From positions 1,864 through 65,863 of the forward strand of contig PLOC01000115.1 of assembly GCA_003141955.1 (NCBI GenBank): 64,000 nt of DNA, read 5' to 3'. Made by a program: the position numbers and the translations under genes. How positions within the stretch are numbered: position 1 is the stretch's first letter; each line of letters opens with the position of its first letter. The DNA comes from Chloroflexota bacterium. Lineage in GTDB: Bacteria; Chloroflexota; Limnocylindria; Limnocylindrales; CSP1-4. The notes under the pieces are model-generated. The model saw only the letters and a program-made list of their open reading frames with translations, did not search any database and was not told the DNA's origin. Shown here piece after piece: positions 35,385-45,424 of this stretch.

Positions 35385-36845
35385 CTACCCCTTCAGGACG
35401 CCGGCGGCGCTGCTGGCGGCGTTGAGGATCGCCGGGAAGAGCCCGAAGACGAGCGTGGCGATGCCGGTCACGGCCAGGCCGACCCGGAAGAGCAGGCCCG
35501 GCGACAGGGGCGGGGCATCCTCGGCGGGATCGCGCATGTACATGTACACGACCACGCGCAGGTAGTAGAACGCCGCTGCGGCCGCATTCAGCATCGCCAG
35601 CACCGCGAGGGCCGTCAGCCAGCCCCCGGCCTGGATCGCCGCGACGATGACGTAGGCTTTGGCCCAGAAACCGGCGAGCGGCGGAATCCCCGTGAGCGAC
35701 AGCAGGAAGAGCGCCATCAGCGCCCCCAGCCACGGACTGCGCCGCCCCAGGCCGGCAAACGTGGAGATCTGGCTCGTGACCCCGGGCCGGCGCTGCAGGG
35801 CGGTGATCACCGCGAACGCGCCCATGTTCATGAACGTGTACGCGGCGCCGTAGAAGAGGATCGCCGAGATGCCGCTGTGCTGGCCGCCGGCGTAGGCCGC
35901 CAGGCCGACCAGGATGTAGCCGGTGTGCGCGATCGAGGAGTACGCCAGCATCCGCTTGACGTTGTCCTGGGTGATCGCCACCAGGTTGCCCAGGGTCATC
36001 GTCAGGGCGGCCAGGACGATCACGATCGGCAGCCAGTCGGCCTTGAGCGGGCCCAGGGCGGCCACGAACAGCCGCAGGGCGACGGCGAAGGCGCCGATCT
36101 TGGGACCGACCGAAAGGTACGCCGTAACGGGCGTCGGAGAGCCCTGGTACGCGTCTGGAGTCCAGTAGTGGAACGGCACCGCGGCCATCTTGAAGGCCAC
36201 GCCCGCGGTCATGAACGCCAGGCCCATGGCCAGGCCTGGGGCGATCGAGCCCTTCGCTGCCGCCTGTGCCAGCGCCGCGGCCACGACGTCGACGCGCGTG
36301 CTGCCGGTCAGGCCCCAGACATAGGCCAGGCCAAACAGCAGGATTGCGCTGGAGAAGGAGCCCAAGAGGAAGTACTTGATCGCGCCTTCGGTCGAGTAGG
36401 GGTCGTTCCGAGCGTAGCCGGCCAGCAGGTAGCCGGGCAGGACCATCAGCTCCAGGGCCACGAAGAGGAGGAGCAGGTCGGCGGAGCCCGCGACGAGCAT
36501 CGCCCCGGTGATGGCGAAGATCAGGACCGCGGCGAACTCGGCGATCGGCAGGCCGCGCGGCTGCAGGTAGTCATCGGCGAACATGATCGTGAGGGCGGCG
36601 ATGGCCACGAACAGCAGGTCCAGGAATGCGGTCAGGCCGTCCACGACGTAGGCGCCCCCGAAGGCGGTTTCGGTGTGTCCTGCGAGCGACAGGACCACGG
36701 CCGCCGTCACGGCCAGCCCCATGAGCGCCGTAGCGATGGCCGGAGCGCGCCGCCCGGGCGCCGCGATGTCCACGAGCAGCACCGCCGCGGCCGTGAGAAC
36801 GGCCCAGATGATCGGCGCCAGGGAGCCCAGGTCGGACCAGTTCAT
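35385..36845 (-). CDS. nuoN: NADH-quinone oxidoreductase subunit N
   Basis: Antiporter-like polytopic protein at the last position of the operon (GYLLAGYARNDPYSTEGAIKYFLLGSFSSA). Confidence 0.9.
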   Translation of the reverse strand: MNWSDLGSLAPIIWAVLTAAAVLLVDIAAPGRRAPAIATALMGLAVTAAVVLSLAGHTETAFGGAYVVDGLTAFLDLLFVAIAALTIMFADDYLQPRGLPIAEFAAVLIFAITGAMLVAGSADLLLLFVALELMVLPGYLLAGYARNDPYSTEGAIKYFLLGSFSSAILLFGLAYVWGLTGSTRVDVVAAALAQAAAKGSIAPGLAMGLAFMTAGVAFKMAAVPFHYWTPDAYQGSPTPVTAYLSVGPKIGAFAVALRLFVAALGPLKADWLPIVIVLAALTMTLGNLVAITQDNVKRMLAYSSIAHTGYILVGLAAYAGGQHSGISAILFYGAAYTFMNMGAFAVITALQRRPGVTSQISTFAGLGRRSPWLGALMALFLLSLTGIPPLAGFWAKAYVIVAAIQAGGWLTALAVLAMLNAAAAAFYYLRVVVYMYMRDPAEDAPPLSPGLLFRVGLAVTGIATLVFGLFPAILNAASSAAGVLKG

Positions 36846-36857
36846 CTAGTTCTCCTC

Positions 36858-38381
36858 TCAGCCGCCGACCGCTGAGCCAGCGGCCACGAGGAAGTGCTGG
36901 ACCGGGCCGTTCAGGAAGTCGAGGATCAGGCTCGGGAAGAGCCCGAATACCACGATCAGGGCGGCAAGCGGGGCGAGAGTGGCGAACTCGACCCGGCTCA
37001 TGTCGGTCACGTGGTCGCCCAGGCCCGCCAGGAAGTCCGAGACGGGGCCGAAGGCGACGCGCTGGAACATCCACAGCAGGTACGTCGCCACCAGGACCAT
37101 GACGATGATCGAGGCGACGACGATTCCGGGCGCGTAGACGAAGGACCCGACGAAGACCAGGAACTCGCCGACGAAGCCGGAGAGCCCCGGCAGCCCGGCC
37201 GAGGCCAGGATGAAGAAGCCGAAGACGGTCGACCAGATCGGCATCGTCGCCGCCAGGCCGCCCATCTTGGCGATCGATCGGTCGTGGGTGCGCTCGTAGA
37301 CGACGCCGACCAGGAGGAAGAGCCCGCCCGTGATCAGGCCGTGGTTGATCATCTGCAGGATCGCGCCCTGCAGGGCGGTGGCGGTGAAGACGAAGATGCC
37401 CAGAGTCACGAAGCCCATGTGGCTGACGGAGCTGTAGGCGATGAGGCGCTTGAGGTCCGGCTGGACGATCGAGACGATCGCGCCGTACACGATCGCGATC
37501 ACGCTCAGGACGATGATCGGCCAGGCGAACGTGTGGGCCGCGTACGGGTAGAGAGGCACGGCGAAGCGGATCAGGCCGTATGCGCCGAGCTTGAGGAGGA
37601 CGCCCGCGAGGATCACCGAGCCGGCCGTCGGGGCCTCGGTGTGGGCGTCGGGCAGCCAGGTATGGAACGGGAACATCGGGACCTTGATGGCGAAGGCAAG
37701 GAAGAGCGCCAGGAAGGCCAGCAGCTGGAAGTTCTGGCCGAAGGAGCCGGCGGCGGCGAACGCCTGCAGCTTCTCATAGTCGAAGGCGCCCGCCCACGAC
37801 CCGGTCGCCGCCTGGTACGTGAAGGCCGTGGCCAGGATCGCCACCAGCATCAGCAGCGACCCGACGAGCGTGTACAGAACGAACTTCATCGTTGCGTAGA
37901 TGCGGTTCGCCCCGCCCCAGATGCCGATGATCAGGTACATCGGGACCAGGACCAGCTCCCAGAAGATGTAGAAGAGGAAGAGGTCGAGGGCGACGAAGAC
38001 GCCGATCATGCCGACCTCGAGGACCAGGAAGGAGATCATGTACTCCTTCACCCGGAACTTGATCGGCCCGAAGCTGGCCAGGATGCTGATCCAGCTGAGC
38101 GTCGTCGTCAGGACGACCATCAGCACGCTCAGGCCGTCGACGCCCAGCTTGTACTGGATGCCGAACGACGGGATCCAGTCGGCCGCTTCCGTGAACTGGA
38201 AGCCGGCCTGGGTGCGGGCAAAGGCCACGAGCAGGATCAGGGACAGGACCCACGTCGCCAGTGCCGTTCCGAGGGCCGTGCGGCGGATCAGGTTGGGGTC
38301 CCCGGAGGGCAGAACCGCGATGAGCACCGCTCCCAGGAGCGGCAGGAAGGTGATCAGGCTCAGGATCGGCAGGCCGGACAT
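36858..38381 (-). CDS. nuoM: NADH-quinone oxidoreductase subunit M
   Basis: MSGLPILSLITFLPLLGAV...FPFHTWLPDAHTEAPTAGSVILAGVLLKLG. ATG at 38381 with AGAGGAG upstream. The rest of the 1047-aa ORF is an out-of-frame overlap with nuoL. Confidence 0.9.
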   Translation of the reverse strand: MSGLPILSLITFLPLLGAVLIAVLPSGDPNLIRRTALGTALATWVLSLILLVAFARTQAGFQFTEAADWIPSFGIQYKLGVDGLSVLMVVLTTTLSWISILASFGPIKFRVKEYMISFLVLEVGMIGVFVALDLFLFYIFWELVLVPMYLIIGIWGGANRIYATMKFVLYTLVGSLLMLVAILATAFTYQAATGSWAGAFDYEKLQAFAAAGSFGQNFQLLAFLALFLAFAIKVPMFPFHTWLPDAHTEAPTAGSVILAGVLLKLGAYGLIRFAVPLYPYAAHTFAWPIIVLSVIAIVYGAIVSIVQPDLKRLIAYSSVSHMGFVTLGIFVFTATALQGAILQMINHGLITGGLFLLVGVVYERTHDRSIAKMGGLAATMPIWSTVFGFFILASAGLPGLSGFVGEFLVFVGSFVYAPGIVVASIIVMVLVATYLLWMFQRVAFGPVSDFLAGLGDHVTDMSRVEFATLAPLAALIVVFGLFPSLILDFLNGPVQHFLVAAGSAVGG

Positions 38382-38392
38382 CGTCGCTCCTC

Positions 38393-40363
38393 TTACCTGG
38401 CCGCGATCACGAGATAGCCGGCGGCCACGAGGATCAGGCCGAGGGCGATGCCGAGCGCGTAGTTCTGGACCCGGCCCGTCTGGACGCGGCGAAGCCACCC
38501 GCCGGCGCCGGCGGTGACGGTGCCGATGCCGTTGACGGTCCCGTCGACGACGGTCCGATCGAACCAGAACGCGGCGGCGGCGAGCTTGCCGCCCCACTCG
38601 ACGAAGAGCTTGTTGTTGATGTCGTCGAACCACCACTTGTTGAACGAGCCCTTGTAAAGCAATGCCAGGCCGCGCCGGGCGCTGATCTCGCGGACCTGGT
38701 CGGGACGCGGCTGGGCCCGCAGGCCCAGGACCGGGATCTCGACGCCGAAGAGCCGCCAGGCAAGCACGATTGCCACGGCGACGAGAGCCGTCGTCCCGAT
38801 CGCCAGGGCGCCGTCGACGCCGAAGAAGTTGTAGGCGGCCTCCGTGTGGCCGCTGGCGGCGATCGTGCTCGCGAAGACCGGCGCCAGCCACTGGTGGAGC
38901 AGGCCCGTCTCCGGCGGGAAGCCGATCGCCAGGCCCAGCAGCGCGGCCGGGATGGCGAGCAGGATCAGCGGCCCGGTCATCGACCGCGGCGACTCGTGGA
39001 TATGGTGCTCGACCTCGGGATCGACGTGACTCGGGCCCCAGAAGGTCATGCCCATGAGCCGGAACATGTAGAAGGCGGTCATGCCGGCGACGACGAACCC
39101 GATCGCCCAGACCCACAGGAACCCGTTCTTGAACGCGCCGCCCAGGATTTCGTCCTTGGAGAAGAACCCGGCCAGTGGCGGAACGCCGGAGATTGCCACC
39201 GCGCCGACGAGCATGGTCGCGTACGTGATCGGGATCTTGCGGGCCAGCCCGCCCATCTTGCGCATGTCCTGCTCGCCGTCGACGGAGTGGATGACGGAGC
39301 CCGAGTCCAGGAAGAGCAGGCCCTTGAAGAAGCCGTGGCTCATGAGGTGGAAAATCGCCGCCGTCCACGCCCCGACGCCCAGGGAGGCGAACATGTAGCC
39401 GAGCTGGGAGAGCGTCGAGTAGGCCAGCACGCGCTTGATGTCGGTCTGGGTGAAGGCGATCGAGGCGGCCAGGATGGCGGTAAAGATGCCGATCGCGGCC
39501 ACCACGACCATGACCTCGGGGGCGGCTCCGAAGATAGGGTTGCAGCGGGCGACGAGGTATACGCCGGCGTTGACCATCGTCGCGGCGTGGATCAGGGCGG
39601 AGACCGGGGTGGGGCCCTCCATAGCGTCCGGCAGCCAGACGTGGAGCGGGAACTGGGCGCTCTTGCCCACGGCACCGCAGAAGATGAGCAGCGCGATCGC
39701 GATCTGCCACTCGTGGGGCACGCTGCCGAACTTCGCGAAGACGTCTTGCATGTTCAGAGTGCCGAGTTGAGTCCAGATGGCCATGATGCCGAGCGCGAAG
39801 CCCATGTCGCCGATGCGGTTGACCAGGAAGGCCTTCTTGGCCGCCACCGCCGCGGTTCGGCGCGGGTACCAGAAGCCGATCAACAGGTAGCTGCACAGGC
39901 CCACCAGTTCCCAGCCGGCGAAGACGAGCAGGAAGTTGTCGGCCATGACCAGGAGGAGCATCGAGAACATGAACAGGTTCAGGTAGGCGAAGAAGCGCCA
40001 CCGCCCCGGGTCATGGGCCATGTAGCCGATCGAGTAGACATGGACGAGCATGCCGATCGTCGTAACGACGATGAGCAGGCACGCGGTCAGCGGGTCTACG
40101 AAGAGGCCCATGCTGGCGTTGAAGCCGCTGGCAAAGCCGTTGGCCGGGATCCACGTCCAGAGCGTGATGCCGGCGCCCCCCGTCCCGAAGGGTGAGGCGT
40201 GGAGCAGGGCCATGACGGCCACGATCGAAGCCACGACCCAGGACGCCACCACCGCCCAGACGGCGATGCGGTGGGCGTCGTCGGGGTAGCGGCGGCCCAG
40301 CAGGCCGGTCAGGACGAAGCCGCCGAGCGGCAGGATCGGGATGAGCGGAAGGAGCGCGGTCAT
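38393..40363 (-). CDS. nuoL: NADH-quinone oxidoreductase subunit L
   Basis: GWELVGLCSYLLIGFWY...FPLHVWLPDAMEGPTPVSALIHAATMV, with a C-terminal lateral helix region. Confidence 0.93.
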   Translation of the reverse strand: MTALLPLIPILPLGGFVLTGLLGRRYPDDAHRIAVWAVVASWVVASIVAVMALLHASPFGTGGAGITLWTWIPANGFASGFNASMGLFVDPLTACLLIVVTTIGMLVHVYSIGYMAHDPGRWRFFAYLNLFMFSMLLLVMADNFLLVFAGWELVGLCSYLLIGFWYPRRTAAVAAKKAFLVNRIGDMGFALGIMAIWTQLGTLNMQDVFAKFGSVPHEWQIAIALLIFCGAVGKSAQFPLHVWLPDAMEGPTPVSALIHAATMVNAGVYLVARCNPIFGAAPEVMVVVAAIGIFTAILAASIAFTQTDIKRVLAYSTLSQLGYMFASLGVGAWTAAIFHLMSHGFFKGLLFLDSGSVIHSVDGEQDMRKMGGLARKIPITYATMLVGAVAISGVPPLAGFFSKDEILGGAFKNGFLWVWAIGFVVAGMTAFYMFRLMGMTFWGPSHVDPEVEHHIHESPRSMTGPLILLAIPAALLGLAIGFPPETGLLHQWLAPVFASTIAASGHTEAAYNFFGVDGALAIGTTALVAVAIVLAWRLFGVEIPVLGLRAQPRPDQVREISARRGLALLYKGSFNKWWFDDINNKLFVEWGGKLAAAAFWFDRTVVDGTVNGIGTVTAGAGGWLRRVQTGRVQNYALGIALGLILVAAGYLVIAAR

Positions 40364-40370
40364 CGTCGGC

Positions 40371-40682
40371 TCACTGACTCATGGAATCGTATTCGTCGAC
40401 AAGAGGCGTCTTCTTGTTCCGATAGATCGCGATGACGATCGCCAGGCCGACCGTGGCCTCGGCCGCGGCCACGGCGATCACGATCAGGGCGATGACCGAG
40501 GCGTGGACGTGGAGCGGCTTCACGAATGCCCCGAAGGCGATGATGGTGAGGTTGACCGCGTTGAGCATCAGCTCGATCGACATCAGCATGCTGATGGCGT
40601 TGCGCCGGGCCAGGAAGCCGAAGGTGCCGATGGCGAAGAGCAGGCCCGACAGGACGAGGTAGGAGTCGAGCGAATTGCTCAC
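40371..40682 (-). CDS. nuoK: NADH-quinone oxidoreductase subunit K
   Basis: 103 aa, three TM helices, [22 protein letters not shown]. The GTG start overlaps the nuoJ stop (GTGA). Confidence 0.93.
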   Translation of the reverse strand: MSNSLDSYLVLSGLLFAIGTFGFLARRNAISMLMSIELMLNAVNLTIIAFGAFVKPLHVHASVIALIVIAVAAAEATVGLAIVIAIYRNKKTPLVDEYDSMSQ

Positions 40683-41227
40683 GACCGATCCTCCTTGTCG
40701 GCGGGCGGCTCACGCCTGGCCAGCAGAACCCCGCCCACCACGGCGGCGGTGAGCAGCACGCTCACGACCTCGAACGGCAGGACGTACTGGCCGAAGAGCA
40801 TCGTGGCGATGTCGGACGTGGCGGTCCAGGCCACGGCACCGGTGGATGGCCAGGTGGTGGTCAGGACCGTGCCGGCGATGATCGCCGCGATCACGACCGC
40901 GGCAACGGCTCCAATCCAGGCCTGGGTCTGGAAGACCAGTCGCGTGGGGGCGTTCTTGGTCTGGGTCAGCATGATCGCGAACAGGACCAGGATGCTGATC
41001 GCGCCGATGTAGACCAGGACCTGGGTGGCCGCGAGGAGCGGATTGCCGAGCAGGACGTAGATGCCGGCCAGCGAGGCGAACGAGGCGATCATCGCCAGAC
41101 CGCAGCGAATGATGTCGCGCATGGTCACGACCAGCAGCGCCGAGCCGAGAAGCATGATCGCCAGCACGACGAACAGGACGTCGTCCCAGCGGACCGCCGT
41201 GAACGGGAGAGTCTGGCCTATCGGCAT
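40679..41227 (-). CDS. nuoJ: NADH-quinone oxidoreductase subunit J
   Basis: [64 protein letters not shown] at 41227. Confidence 0.88.
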   Translation of the reverse strand: MPIGQTLPFTAVRWDDVLFVVLAIMLLGSALLVVTMRDIIRCGLAMIASFASLAGIYVLLGNPLLAATQVLVYIGAISILVLFAIMLTQTKNAPTRLVFQTQAWIGAVAAVVIAAIIAGTVLTTTWPSTGAVAWTATSDIATMLFGQYVLPFEVVSVLLTAAVVGGVLLARREPPADKEDRS

Positions 41228-41252
41228 GCCTCCCTGCCCTCCTCGTCGTGGA

Positions 41253-44036
41253 TCACTGGTGCTCGGCTCCATTTCCATCGCCGGGGGCGGCGGCGAGCGC
41301 CGGCGGGAGTGCCGGCAGCCCGTCCCCGGGGTTCGCGAGTCGACCGTCGGCCACGGCGTGGGCGAGCCAGTCGCGTTCGCGCCGGATGTAGGTCACTTCG
41401 GTTTCGCCGCCCATGGCCGCCAGGCCGATCAGGTCGATCATCGGCTGGGACCGGTCGATGTGGGCGAGCTCGTTGTCGGGGCCGCCGCGCAGCGCGTCGT
41501 ACGGGCAGGCGTCGACGCAGATGCCGCATAGGATGCAGCGGCTCTCGTCCACGTCGTACTTCTCCAGGACGCGCGGCTTGGGCATGAGCGCGCCCGTGGG
41601 GCACGTCTCGGCGCAGCGGCCGCAGGAGACGCACGGCGTGTCGTTGAGGCTCATGTCGAGCGGCGTCGTCACCAGGGTGTCGAAGCCGATGCGCATGAAG
41701 TCGTAGCAGGCGGCGCCCACGACATCGGCGCAGACGGCGGCGCAGCGGCCGCAGTCGATGCAGCGCGACGGCTCGCGCAGGATGAAGGCGTGGCTGTCGT
41801 CGCGGATGTAGTCGTGGTTGGCGCCGGTGAAGCGGTTCTCGGTGACGCTTCTGAAGCCGGCGCCTTCGTTGTGGCGAGGCTCCAGCGTTTCGAGCGTCGT
41901 CCCGTACTCCAGGCCGAGATTGCGCAGGTCGCAGTAGCCGATCGCCTCGCAGGTGCACTGCAGGCAGCGGCTCGATTCGGCCATGGCCTCGGTCTGGGGG
42001 TAGGGGATCTCGTACTCGACGTAGCTCCTGTTGCGGTCCTCCGCCGGCATCGCCTTGAGGCGGTGGCGGGGTTCCTTGGGCTCGTCGGTGTAGGGCGTGA
42101 TCGAGAGGAACTTGAGCTCGGGCTCGGCGAGGGTCTCCCGTGCGCGCAGCTCCGAGAGGTCCGTCCCGCGCAGGAAAGCGTCCACGGCGTAGGCGCAGCG
42201 CCGCCCCTCGGCGATGGCCTGTACCACGGTCGCGGCTCCGATACGAACGTCGCCGGTGCCGAAGACGCCGGGCCGGCCGGTCTCGAAGGTGACCGCGTCG
42301 GCCTTGAGCCTGTACCTGGCTTCCTCGATGCCCTCGTTGCCGGGTCCGATCCACGACAGATCGGGACCCTGGCCGATGGCGAGCAGGACGCGGTCGCACT
42401 TGATCACGAACTCGGTCCCCGGCGCGGGCTCGGGGCGGCGACGGCCGGAGGCATCCGGCGCGCCGGGGCGCATGCGGATGAACTCGACGCCTGTGACGCG
42501 ATTCTTGCGGTCGACGATGACGCGCGTCGGGCCGGCCTGGAAGATGGCTCGAGCCCCTTCCTCGAGCCCCTCGTGGACCTCGCTGGCGGCCGGCATGTCC
42601 TTCATGTCGCGGCGGTAGACGAGCGTGACCTCCTTCGCGCCCTGGCGGACGGAGGTGCGCATGCAGTCCATGGCGGTGAAGCCGCCGCCGATGACGACGA
42701 CGCGGCTGCCGGCGTGGCCCGGATAGGGCAGGCCGAGAGTGGCGATCTTGAGGTATTCGAGGCCGTCGATGACGCCGTTGGCGTTCTCGTTTTCAACGCC
42801 GAGCTTATTCGTGTCGTAGCAGCCCGTGGCGACGATCGTGGCGTCGAAGCCCCGCTCGCGCAGGTCGTCCAGGCTGAAGTCGCGGCCGAGGGCCTGGTTG
42901 ACCTCGAGGCTGGCGCCCAGGCGCCAGACGGCGTCGTACTCGGGCTCGAGGACGTCCTTCTTGGGCAGGCGGTACTCCGGGATGCCGTAGCGGAGCATTC
43001 CGCCCGGCTCGGGGTCGCGCTCGAAGACGGTCGTGTCGTGGCCGGATATCTGCAGGTAGTAGGCCGCCGCCATGCCGGCCGGCCCGGAGCCGACGATGGC
43101 GACGCGCTTGTCGGTCCGGGGCTGGGTTTCGAACGGCAGCGGCGGCTCCATGCCGTCCTTCTGCGCCGCGAGCACCACGTCGCCGGCGTAGCGATGGCTG
43201 TCGCGGATGGCGATTGCCTCGTCCACCTCGTCGCGGCGGCAGTGCTCCTCGCACGGTGCCGGGCAGACTCGGCCAAGGATCGAGGGGAACGGGATGGTGC
43301 GCTTGAAGATGCGCGCCGACTCGCGGAACTGGCCCTCGGCGTTGGCCTTGAGGAAGCCCGGGATGTCGATGTGGCTCGGGCACTTGTTCTGACACGGCGG
43401 CAGGCAGTAGGCGTTGTGGTCGCTGAAGATCAGCTCGAGGTTGGTCCGGCGCAGCCGGCGGACCTCGTCGGTCTGGGTTCGGACGACCATGCCCGCCACA
43501 GCTTCGCGGGCGCACGAGATCGTCGGATGATCCTCACCCTCGACCTCCACGACGCACATCCGGCAGGCGCCGAAGCCCGGCAGCTTGGGCTCGTAGCAGA
43601 GCGTGGGGACGTCGATGCCGTTGGCCCGGCAGACCTCGAGGATCGTCTGACCCTCGGTGCCGATGACCTCGCGGTCGTCGATCGTGAGCTTGATGGTGGG
43701 CGTCGAAAGCGGGCGCTGGGGGGCTTGCGCCGTGATCAACCGCTCGGCCGGCGAGTCGTTGAGCGGCGTGACCGTGTCGCGCGGCGCCCTGGCGTCGGGG
43801 CGGCTGTCGACGCGTCCGGCCCTGCGGTTCCAGACCGGCTTTTCGTTGGCGGCGGGCCGCAGGCTCTTCACCGAGGGGGCGTTGGGCAGGGCCGGCAGAG
43901 GGCCGGGGGCGACGACGGGCGGCGCCGCCGGGAGCCTGCTGGCGGGCATGGCGGGCGGGGCGGGCATGGCGGGTTTCCCGGCCGGCGGGGTGGCGGGCGG
44001 GGCGCTCGGGCTGGGTCGGAGGTTCGGTTGACGCAT
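41253..44036 (-). CDS. Composite Fe-S flavoprotein: Pro-rich N-terminal extension, NuoG-type 2Fe-2S domain, inserted GltD-type (FAD/NAD(P)H, 2x[4Fe-4S]) module, NuoG-type 4Fe-4S domains, and the C-terminal half of NuoI
   Basis: 2Fe-2S: [20 protein letters not shown]...ISC. GltD: [19 protein letters not shown]...[42 protein letters not shown], GDV...VVQAIAEGR. NuoG Fe-S: [41 protein letters not shown]. NuoI C-half: [23 protein letters not shown]. There is no molybdopterin-like NuoG C-terminal domain. ATG at 44036 lies 9 nt after the nuoF stop. Confidence 0.85.
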   Translation of the reverse strand: [927 protein letters not shown]

Positions 44037-44044
44037 GGGACGCC

Positions 44045-45424
44045 TCAGGAGACGGCCCGGGCGCGAGAGGCTGCCATCGGCTGGCAGATCCCGGCGGGGC
44101 ACGTGCTGCGGACGATGTGGTCATCGAGCTCGTCGCGGAAGTACCGGACGAGGCTCAGGAGGGGCAGCGTGGAGCGGCGTTCGTGGTCGCACAGCCGGCT
44201 GGCCACGATGTCCGCGGAAAGGTCGGTCAGGCGCTCGATCTCGTCGCCACGGGGCTGACCCTCGCAGAAGCGCGCCCCGATCTCGGCCATGCGGCGCAGC
44301 CCGATCCGGCAGGGGATCGTCTTGCCGCAGGCCTGGTCGGCGCAGAAACGGGTCAGCACCGACGCGAGATCGACCAGGCAGACGCGCTCGTCGACGACGA
44401 CGATCGAGCCGGAGCCCATCCATGCGCCGGCGGCTTCGAGCGCCTCGAACTCGTAGGGGGTCTTGCCGGCGCCGGGCGGGAGGATGCCACCGGACGGGCC
44501 GCCGACGAGGAACGCCTTGACCGTGTGGGGCGCCGGAACGCCGCCGGCCAGGACCACGATCTCGCCGATCGTCGTGCCGAGCGGAACCTCTGCCAGGCCG
44601 GGATTGACGACCGAGCCGGAGATCTGGACCAGCACGGTGCCCGCGCCCCCTTTGGCCGCGGCCTCGAGGTACGTGCCGGGGCCGCCGGTGATGATCCCCG
44701 GGACCACGGCGAATGTCTGGGCGTTGTGGACGAGGGTCGGCTTGCCGTACAGGCCTCTTGTCGTCGGGTACGGGGGCTGCTGCTCGGGCTGGCCGCGGTG
44801 ACCTTCGATGCCCTTGAGCAGGACCGTCTCCTCGCCCAGCATGTATGCGCCCTGGAGCGGCTTGACCTCGACGTTGATGTCGCGGCCGCTGCCGAGGACG
44901 TCGTTGCCCAAGTAGCCCGCAACCTCGGCCTCGCGGATCGCGGTCTCGAGCGTGGCGATGGCTTCCGTGGCCTCGGCGTGCAGCGCGACGATGATGTCGG
45001 AGGCTCCCACTGCGACGGCAGCGATGGCCGCTCCCTCGAGAACTGCGTAGGGGCTGCGCTCGAGGAGGACGCGATCGGTGAAGACGGCGGGATCGGCCTG
45101 GTAGGCGTGAACGACAACGTAGCGGCGGTCGGCCGCCGTGAGGGCGCAGGCGCGCCACTTCTCGCTCGTGGGGAACCCCGCCCCGCCACGGCCGCGCAAC
45201 CCGGAATTGGCCAGGACCGCCACGATCTCGCCCGCGGTCATTTCCTTGATCGCCTCGGTCAACCCCTTGAAGGCGCCGGCCGCGACGGCGGCGTCGAGGT
45301 CCGTTGGCGCCGCGCCACTCGCGCCGGCCGCGCCACTCGCGCCGGCCGCGCCACTCGCGCCGGCCGCGGGCAGCAGCAGATGCGGCCACTTGTCCGGCGT
45401 CGGAAGGACGTTCACGGTCGTCAT
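44045..45424 (-). CDS. nuoF: NADH-quinone oxidoreductase subunit F-like (FMN/NADH-binding 51-kDa type)
   Basis: GLRGRGGAGFPTSEKW, GAYMLGEETVLLKGIEG, CGKTIPCRIG. The ATG at 45424 overlaps the upstream stop (ATGA). Confidence 0.88.
   Translation of the reverse strand: MTTVNVLPTPDKWPHLLLPAAGASGAAGASGAAGASGAAPTDLDAAVAAGAFKGLTEAIKEMTAGEIVAVLANSGLRGRGGAGFPTSEKWRACALTAADRRYVVVHAYQADPAVFTDRVLLERSPYAVLEGAAIAAVAVGASDIIVALHAEATEAIATLETAIREAEVAGYLGNDVLGSGRDINVEVKPLQGAYMLGEETVLLKGIEGHRGQPEQQPPYPTTRGLYGKPTLVHNAQTFAVVPGIITGGPGTYLEAAAKGGAGTVLVQISGSVVNPGLAEVPLGTTIGEIVVLAGGVPAPHTVKAFLVGGPSGGILPPGAGKTPYEFEALEAAGAWMGSGSIVVVDERVCLVDLASVLTRFCADQACGKTIPCRIGLRRMAEIGARFCEGQPRGDEIERLTDLSADIVASRLCDHERRSTLPLLSLVRYFRDELDDHIVRSTCPAGICQPMAASRARAVS
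45311..45364 (-). repeat. 18-nt perfect tandem repeat x3 encoding (AGASGA)3 near the NuoF N-terminus
   Basis: cgcgccactcgcgccggc at 45311, 45329 and 45347. Confidence 0.95.

Noticed and set aside
36858-40001. 1047-aa ORF that looks like a giant NuoM fusion. Similarly 26891..28774 (627 aa), 44045..46072 (675 aa), 45421..46530 (369 aa), 41253..44102, 52474..54372 and 3665..4954.
   Set aside because: Only the C-terminal parts match the protein families. The N-terminal parts overlap the upstream gene in another frame. Internal ATG/GTG starts that abut or overlap the upstream stop (ATGA/GTGA) give normal-length proteins.
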